The notes under the pieces were generated by a model, which had not been told where the DNA came from, searched no databases, and worked only from the letters and a program-made list of their open reading frames with translations. A program made the translations under genes and the position numbers. This document shows positions 55,426 through 64,000 of a stretch of 64,000 nt of DNA, in pieces. Each line of letters opens with the position of its first letter. Position 1 is the first letter of the stretch. The stretch covers positions 133,114,001-133,178,000 of the forward strand of contig OX597814.1 of the NCBI GenBank assembly GCA_951406725.2. The letters are read 5' to 3'. This DNA comes from Octopus vulgaris. Its lineage: Eukaryota.

Positions 55426-55804
55426 ATATATATATATATATATACACACATACAGTCATATCTAATTATGTGGTTTAGATATGCACATTTCGTGACAAGC
55501 ACTTTGGTGAAAGTCGGAGGAGGGCGAAATGTTTTTAAGGTCATTAACTTCGTTTGAGAAGGGTCATGGCACATTGGCCTATGTATTGGTCACTTAAGTA
55601 TGTGGATGTACTTATGTGTGTCCGGACGTGTGTGTCCGGACGTGTGTGTCCGGACGTGTGTGTCCATGCGTGTCGCTTTGTTCAGATAGAAGTGAGTTTA
55701 ATGAATATTCTGTTTGTTTAAGTGAAATATTAAGATATGTGTCTGCATGTGTGTGCCTGTGTTTGTGTGTGTGTCTATGTGGGTGTCTATGTGTGTGTCT
55801 GTTT

Positions 55805-55874
55805 GATAGATAGATCGATCGATAGATCGATAGATAGGTAGGTAGGTAGGTATGTAGGTAGGTGGGTAGATAGG

Positions 55875-55955
<81 letters not shown>
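55805..55955. repeat. (GATA)/(GGTA)n microsatellite
   Basis: Direct reading. Confidence 0.97.
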
Positions 55956-55956
<1 letters not shown>

Positions 55957-56279
55957 CACACACAACACACATATATATGAATTCTACTAAATTCACTGGT
56001 CGGCCTGGGGTTATAGTAGTAGCTCAATGTGCAAAGCAGTGAAACCGATCCCAAAACCATACGGCTGCAAAACGATCTTATTAAACACACTGTCAAGCAT
56101 GTCTGTATCTATCACAAAATGGTGGGAGTATTTGTCCTTCAAGTATGAATTTATAGGTATTGAAGTCACTATCTATTTTACTATTGTTAAATAACAAGAC
56201 AAATCTACTAAATGAAATGTAGGGCTAAATAAGAATGTGTTGAAAGTTTCCTGAAGCAGCGCTGATATTCATATATAAT

Positions 56280-58634
56280 AATAATATGAAAGAAATTGTT
56301 GTATACAGTGGTCAGGGGCACTACAACTAAGAAAAAACAAAGAAAAAGGAAAAATCACAGAATGCGTAATGTTGGCGGATATCAGGAAGCATGGAAGTTT
56401 CGAAGGATAGGTATTTCGGCAGCTAAAGACTGCTGCGGGTAGTTTATTCCATGCTTCAAGAATTCTGAGCGCGTGAAAAATGTTTCCGAAAGTCATGGAT
56501 GCTGTGTTGTTTTTTGATTTTGTGAGCATGTTCACGAGTGCTTAGTGATGCAGCTAGTAAGGCTGACTGGACAGTAATTGACAGGGGATGTGAGAACACC
56601 TTTTTTTTAACATAGGAACGACACTGGCAATTTTCCAGTGCTCTGGACAGACACAGTTGTTAAAGCAGAATTGAAAGAAGAATGAAAGCTAGTGCCACGT
56701 TTGAGAAGCAAATAAGTAACACCATCAAGATCAGGAAAGGCATAGTTGCGCTTATTCTCTTCTAGAGATGACGTAAGATCATCGCGGTTGTGAATTTCAC
56801 AGATGCTATATAAAAGTTGATGTCAGAGTTGGTGAAGAAGCTGCATTTGAATTTTCAACATTAAAAATGACGGGCATAGCATTCGGCAATAAGCTATGCT
56901 CATTCCTTGGGGTCATCAGTGATCCGATTGTGTGGGGATTATAAAGAGGGCCTACTGGAGAGTGATGTCTTTGCTTCGAAGTACACATATACAGAACAGA
57001 ATGCTGTCAGGTATGGCTGATATATGTTGTTCAAACCCAAGCGCTGCCTTTTTTGTTACTTGCTTGAGATGGTTGAATGATCTCTTGCGTCTTCTTTTCT
57101 CATCTGTTCTATGATGTCTATATTTCTGTTCAGCATCACGACGATCTTTTCAGACAAGTCGAACTGCTGCAGTCGCCCAAATTGCACTTTTTTTCTATTT
57201 TTAGAGCGTTTGCGCGGTACTGATACTTCACATACAGCCCAGATTGCACTAAGGATATTCTGAAAAACAGTATTAGCGTACCCGGAATCGCAAAATTCAA
57301 ACCAGTTTGGGCGTCGTAATTTATCACAAGTGAGTGGCTTGCAGATAGTGGTGTTACATGTTTCTACCTATAAGTGAGAGATTGGCAATGATCATAGCAT
57401 GATCGGAGTCGACTAGATGTTCCTTGGTAGGAAACTGATAACAGTTTCAGGAGTGGTGGTAAAGAGCAGGTCCAAAGAATTGTTACCTCTTGTGGGAGAG
57501 GTGAATCCTTGGGACCAGTTTGCATCCAGCACTACATCAAGGAAAAGTTTCCCAATGAATTTCAGGGCAGCTGAAGTCACCAGCAATAACAAATAAGTGG
57601 ATTTTTTCCCTAGATTCAGTCCTGATGATTTCAAAAAGCTGTGTGTCTTGATGGTAATTTGGTGGGCGATAGACAACTCCAAGTATCGGTGTTGACATGT
57701 TTATGCGTAATTCGCAAAAGAGTGCCTCGTGTTGTGATTTGTTCAAATCATCACAAGGAATAGCTGAAAAGTTTGACGATTAGCATGATCTTTGCGAAAT
57801 TAGTTGTAACCAACTACGCTAAAACACCATTACAGAGTAGAGATTCTGTGACTGTTTTGAAATAGGGGTCAATAATTTTGATATAGGAGTCAAAAATTGC
57901 ATGATGTTGCACAAACTTTAGGCATTCAGGAATAGGAACTTGAAACGTGATTTTATCCCATCATAAGGCCATATAGAAGATGAAATATGTTTTGTTGTTC
58001 AGTGTCAGTACTGAGGATAGTATTTGCTCGAGGTTGTATGAATGGAGTGATGTTCTAGTTGATGGTGGTGGGTGGGTGTTCATCGACTTTTGGATATTCA
58101 ACGTTGGATCTCCAGACTAGGTCGGCCCTCATATTTTCCAGGTAATTTAATAAAAAAGAATTTCACCTTGGTTTATTTTATATGGTGTTGTGCTTTTTCT
58201 GCAATTATTTCTTCTTTGGTTAGTGTTGTCTTAGGAGGTGGATGGTAGTTGTTTTGTTTTTGTTGCTCTTCCTCGTTGCAGTTTATCTTTCATTCATTTT
58301 GTGCCCTTCAGATGGTGGAAGTTGCATTCCAAGTTTAGGCACATCCTTAGAGACAGAGCCATAGACTAGGTTTTAGCCATAGCTTAGGGTCAGGGTCATA
58401 GACTCTACATTTGGGATAGTATTTAAGGTAACGGTAGAGGCAGTCTTTTCCAGTTATAACATATGGACAGATGTCCTTAATAAGTCTACGACATAAGGAA
58501 GGATGGGAGAAAGGACAGTAGTGTCCTTTGTTGTTGGAGCCGCTGGGGCCGAATTTACAGTTACCCTGAGTCAGGCTTCTGGAAGTAGAAGAGGATTTTC
58601 TATATTGACATGCGGGAAAGGGAGAATTGCTATC

Positions 58635-58635
<1 letters not shown>
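56280..58635 (-). mobile_element. CR1-group LINE with Cys/His ORF1 remnant, endonuclease, partial RT and an internal deletion
   Basis: ORF1-like GNCKFG..CPFSHPSLC. Endonuclease GVVYRPP, AGDFSCPEIHW, PTRGNNSLDLLFT, SDH. RT start WKIASVVPM..NYCPVSLTS is joined directly to the C-terminal FRKHF..WNKLP. Confidence 0.9.
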
Positions 58636-58681
<46 letters not shown>

Positions 58682-58853
58682 CATCTGTAAGCAAATGTGA
58701 AATGGAATTATGCTTTACGCACGCTATATAAGCCCTCATAACTTTTATTATTATTATTATTTTATTTTAATATTCTCAGAAAAATGTCTGCGTTTTAAGC
58801 GACAAAAGCGACAAAAAGAACATGTGGCGGGAAGCTTGGTAACAGCTTGGCGT

Positions 58854-58867
58854 GTTGCTATGGAAAC
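58854..58867. promoter_or_regulatory. RFX X-box motif in a promoter-like segment
   Basis: GTTGCTATGGAAAC fits the palindromic X-box consensus. Nearby are GGCGGGAA (E2F-like) and ATTGG (CCAAT). Confidence 0.45.
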
Positions 58868-59496
58868 AAGCACTTATATGTCTGTGACTTTCGATTGGCA
58901 AAATATGCAACCGTCAGAAACTATTAATTCTTTATTTATTGATTTATGCCGAAAACGAATTTCACGATTACTTTACAAAACTACGTTAATACACCAAATA
59001 TGAAATCAATTGAAACAAATATTGAAAAAATTGATAAGTAGCTGTCAAACAGAAAAGATCCTTGTGAAATTTTATGATTCGTTTCGTACACGTAGCTGTC
59101 CTATTAGAAATTAACCCTAACCCTCCCGATACAAGCTATTCTAATGATGTTATCCAAACTAACACTCTTGTGTCCAGCATTAAAATATATATTAATATAC
59201 AGACTTCGCAAAATCAATGCCGCATTCTATCTTAAAACGCTAAGCATCGTCTATTTCACTATACTTCAACAAGGACGAGAATTAAGATTCAAAATCTAAG
59301 GCGGTGGAATAACTATTGAAATAATTTGCAGTTTCCTGGAAGAAAAGCACCTCACTACAATCCGAGTATTATAACAGAATTAACCCCAAGAATTAGAATG
59401 TGATATTCCATCATAATAGAAATTGTACACTATCTGCTTGTTTAACAATTTCTATATTGTTGGGAAAAGAAGTTGTAGGACATATCAGTTACATAC

Positions 59497-59559
59497 CTGT
59501 TTGTAATCTGATTTAAAAGACAATGCGGCAGCTATCTGTAGCATAAGCAATAATGACAT
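59497..59559 (-). other. Candidate 63-nt exon
   Basis: ccatctctattactacag|ATGTCA...AAACAG|gtatgt. Only phase 0 is open: MSLLLMLQIAAALSFKSDYKQ. Confidence 0.4.
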
Positions 59560-59613
59560 CTGTAGTAATAGAGATGGTGATCTAATTTTGTTCTTAACAG
59601 GATTATTAATAAT

Positions 59614-59905
59614 ATAAGGGTGGGCTAAAAAGTTTATAGGTTGGCTATGAAGCAGTGAGGCGGCAGGAACTGAGAAATCGTGCATGCATTAATTTTCAGC
59701 TCTTCATATGAATAACTTTGTTGGGTTTTTTCCAAGTAAACTGACATCTGACTATTCAATGAATACCTCAAAAGCAAAGCACTGTAACACCGTTATATGA
59801 AGCGTGTGTGGACAACAAGCGGGACAAGGTTGAAAACTAAACCCGAATTCGTCACGTTCCATGAAAGTATCTTGGTTAGCCTATGAACTTTTCAACTGAC
59901 TGTCT
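59614..59905. mobile_element. Decayed mariner-type MITE
   Basis: Imperfect TIRs gggctaaaaagtttataggttgg / ttagcctatgaacttttcaact. Confidence 0.6.
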
Positions 59906-59912
59906 TCTGTAT

Positions 59913-59914
<2 letters not shown>

Positions 59915-60011
<97 letters not shown>

Positions 60012-60012
60012 T

Positions 60013-60042
<30 letters not shown>
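59915..60042. repeat. (AT)n(AG)n microsatellite
   Basis: Direct reading. Confidence 0.97.
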
Positions 60043-60045
<3 letters not shown>

Positions 60046-60949
60046 TCTTTATATGTAGGTATATGTATATATATGGATATAAATACAAGCATACACTATG
60101 AATGTATACAAACGAGCAAACACTCGCCCACAAACGACCCTGCCATAGAGTAGTCTTCCCTGGATAGATACATTAAATCCCACTAGAAGGATATGCCTTC
60201 GCTATCTAGGTACACACCAAGCACTGGCAGTTGTATTTGAACTACTAATGGATTGTTGAAAATAATTCCCGTTTTAAGACACCTGATGTTGCAGAGCAAC
60301 TCCAAATGGATCGGTGTATTTCCGTGAATTACCTCCATAAACTTGACTAAGTTGACTACTATGGCAGCGTATCTAGAAATATTTTGTTTCCCCAACAAAT
60401 GTGAAAAGAACAAAGAAGAACTAAAACTTTCAGAAATGAGTGTCTGTTTATTTTTTTCAGACACACACACATACACACATACACATACACATACACACAC
60501 GAACACACACACGCACATGCATATATGCATACATGCATTTATGTATGTATGCATGTAAGTATGTATGTATGTATGCATGCCTTCATTTACACACATACAG
60601 AAATGACAATGTATCGGAAATTAAATAATACTCGAACAGCCATTTATGTTTGTTTCACGTTCGAGAGGATTTCGATGTGTTACATTTTAAATTAAAATAT
60701 TTCAATAGGAAAGCTTTTTTGTTTTAGTATTCTTCGACAAAATTCATGTAAACATTTCCTAATTTCGAACTCCAAGTTTGCAGTTTTGCTTCCTGTTTTA
60801 ATATAGGTTTTAATGTCTTGAAATCTCTATTTAATTTTACCTTCGTTGATTTATTAATTTATAATTAATAATCTAGTTCATGGTATTGTGTATTCTTTGT
60901 GCATTCTGCTTTACATATGCTGCAATTAGTGCCGTATATGTAATTGATA

Positions 60950-60966
60950 TAGATAGATAGACAGAC

Positions 60967-61065
<99 letters not shown>
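60950..61065. repeat. (GATA)n microsatellite
   Basis: Direct reading. Confidence 0.97.
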
Positions 61066-61143
61066 GACTTGTTCATACTCAAAATTCATTACCTTTTATT
61101 TTACAATTTTATACAACATATTTTTATGGTTATTACGACTTAC

Positions 61144-61203
61144 ACTTGTTTTCAGTGCACAGAGTATAGATAGTTGCATACGCAACTGTTCATAATTTTC
61201 CAT
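61144..61203 (-). other. Candidate first coding exon segment
   Basis: ATG at 61203 gives MENYEQLRMQLSILCALKTS, then a phase-0 donor gtaagt. The upstream segment is relatively GC-rich. Confidence 0.3.
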
Positions 61204-61468
61204 GCAGCTTCGCTCAGGATCTGTTCACCAGCTCGTCCCAAAGCGAACAGAATACAGTTATTTGCTAGCTATTTGGTTAGGGTTCGCGGGGAAGTGAGGG
61301 GAGATTGCTTTGAATCTGAAATCTGCTGGTTGACCACGGTTTCACACCAGTTACTGTCCGAAGTCAGGATTCTATCTAATTAGGTCAAGGTTAATGTTAT
61401 TGTTTTGACAGACTTCATTAAATAATTGTGGCAGTTGGGTAATTAATGATCATACTTCCACGTGTTGT

Positions 61469-61483
61469 CCTTGTAATGTAGTG

Positions 61484-61531
<48 letters not shown>

Positions 61532-61574
61532 CCAGTGAGAGAGAGAGAATTGTGGGGCGTCCTTGTAATGTAGT

Positions 61575-61628
<54 letters not shown>

Positions 61629-61660
61629 CCAGTGAGAGAGAGAGAGAATTGTGGGGCGTG
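61469..61660. repeat. Two-unit tandem duplication containing (TA)n
   Basis: ccttgtaatgtagtgtt(TA)n accagtgagagagagagaattgtggggcgt occurs twice with different TA lengths. Confidence 0.93.
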
Positions 61661-64000
61661 GTATATTTATTATGCACTCCAGATTTGTTTCACAGTTCTG
61701 ATGATGTTGTATTCTGAAATTAGTCACAAAAATGTTCAATATATTTGTACAATGCACAAACCCAGTAAGATACAGGAAAAAAAGTTTATTTCGCTTGGAA
61801 TGCAAAACAATTTCATCTTTAAAAACGTTGCCTAGCTGAATGCAATTAAGACACCTACCTCGATAAAATACCATCTACAACAATGGGACATATAATAGGC
61901 TATAAAATACACCTGAACGTCAAAGAAAAGTAATACATATGTTCAACATGCTTGTATCCACAGACATGCTGACAGCTGTCCTCGTGTTTTCTCTCCACAG
62001 ATTTTCACAGATGTATTCTTTACATTCGTTGTGGCACAAACTTTTGGTTAACAAATTCATAGATATATTGTATAATACATTATAACATTATATCTATGCA
62101 CTGATAAAACACCAGCAATTTAAAAATTGAACTATATATAGTCACACCACATGTACATAAAAAACAAGAGCATGCTTTGACCAATGTGCACCAACAATCA
62201 CACTAAAATATATATATACACAAGACTAAATGAATGTTTGACCGACACGTACATACAAACAATTATTACAAATTATTTACTTTTAACTTTAACGACAAAG
62301 AAATTAAGATGGACTTATTTCTTTGTTTATTTTAACTGCGTTTATTTAAATATGTCACCAATATTTGATGAAATGATTGAGGATGAGTCAAACTTGTCTC
62401 GATTCTCGACTAAAAAATACAGATTGAATATATAAATAGATAGATAAATAAATAAATGGATAAATAAATAAATAGACAAATATCTCAAATTTGTTTAACG
62501 TGCGTGAGTAGAAATGTGAAGTCGAATTCATTTGATGTTTCATTATCCTCAGATGTGTGCTGCATTAACTATAGACTCCAAATAAGATGAGATACAGTGT
62601 AGAATGGAAATAGTCATAGATCTTTCCCCATGAGTGTTTCTACCTCTAATCTCAAGACACAATAGCTATAAATAGTTTTTCCATGGTTTCAAAATACATA
62701 CTCTTTTACTCTTTTACTTGTTTCAGTCATTTGACTGCGGCCATGCTGGAGCACCGCCTTTAGAATGACAAAAATATTCATAGACGTTTTCCAATTCAGT
62801 GGAGAGTATTTAGTTAAACTAAGGATTATTACGATTTTCAAAGTGAAATATTAGTCAACGTTTGTTCAAAAACTTCATTTTAGTTTGTCCAATATTGCTT
62901 TTCTTAATTTGTTTATTCTTGCTGTTCTCTATTTGAGTTGCCATAGCGGTTAAAGGAAAATAATATTTAGCAATGCTTCGTTCATGATACTTTCCAATTT
63001 GGTAGTAATATGATGTGACTCTTGTGTGCGTAAGGCATGCGTCATCAATGTAATTTTCCAGACAACTTCAATGTGTACATTAATCGTTAAATTACAAATT
63101 GTGAGTTCCAAATAAAAGGTTATTTTCAGTTTTAAAACAAGCCTTTCTTGCCCTCATGTTTTAAAAGTTTCTGTCTGTCTCTTTCTTCGCCCCTTGCACA
63201 AATTTATTAAATCCCATTTTAATAATGATTCGATATTTAAAAAGTACCAGTAACATCTCACAACATAGATCTTTATATTTTGTAACCTGAATTACTATTT
63301 ATTCCAATGTGAATTTCGTCTATGTTAAGAGTTATTTGCTGTTAGTAATTTGTGGCACTTGGATACTTTTTCTTGGATTTGATGACTGTAGAACAAGGTA
63401 AATCAGAAAATTTAAGAGGTTACCAAATGGGTTACAAATTAAATCTCATTCACACTATCGAATGTTTCAACGCCATCAGAACTACACCGACCAAAAAGGA
63501 ATAAAATTAATGAACCTCGTCAGGGTGCATAAAAAACAAATCAACGATTCCTCTGTTACAAATGCTCTATATAGTCAACATCTAGACATTTGAGTGAAAA
63601 GGAAATTCAAACTATTCTTTCCTTTCTAAAAAATGAAAGGAAATCATCAATAGCGAAAATCATCAAGAACGAAATAATCAATAATAAATAGGAAAATAAG
63701 ATTATCTTATTATAATGTTGAGTCTCAATTAAATCAACAATAGTGAGAAAAGGTACCGAAAAAAAATTATTTCTTACAATATGCGTGCCAATAGTGAAAG
63801 TGCCTAAATTCTCTGTTACCATGTCTCTAATTTCCTTTCTTAATAGATTCTTCTTAAAGTTAACAATTGCTAATTTTAGAAAATCTATTTTCAAGTATTG
63901 TAATGTACCAACAAAGTTTTCCAGAACTTATATTTGCATGCAGACAGACACATCCATCCGTCCATATATATATATGTATGTATATATATATATATATATA

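Noticed and set aside
55616-55665. 14-bp tandem repeat (gtgtgtccggacgt) x3.5
   Set aside because: Ordinary minisatellite derived from (GT)n; no spacers or functional sign.
63607-63894. 95-aa minus-strand ORF with an internal gtaaga donor
   Set aside because: Non-ATG start, weak acceptor, AT-rich composition and no recognisable domain, so it cannot be supported as coding.

Overview
This is AT-rich, microsatellite-dense eukaryotic DNA. The SINE families and the (TA)n/(AAT)n/(GATA)n load look like an octopod cephalopod genome, which is an inference from repeat style and not a database match. No intact protein-coding gene is recognisable. The window is mostly decayed mobile elements: CR1/Jockey-group, RTE and R4/Dong LINE remnants; a Penelope-like element (RT + GIY-YIG) with terminal repeats; an internally deleted Gypsy LTR element; a Tc1/IS630 element with long TIRs; mariner derivatives; two Rep/PIF1 Helitron relics; two head-to-head copies of a non-autonomous Helitron; and many tRNA-derived SINEs. 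Most notable: (i) a Penelope terminal repeat built as tRNA-like Pol III head + (AAT)n + minimal hammerhead ribozyme; (ii) a second family of hammerhead-like termini abutting microsatellites; (iii) a Helitron carrying an L1/Tx1 ORF1-like fragment; (iv) isolated exon-like segments, including a 15-nt microexon; (v) a pre-miRNA-like hairpin; (vi) RFX X-box motifs. Boundaries of decayed elements are approximate.
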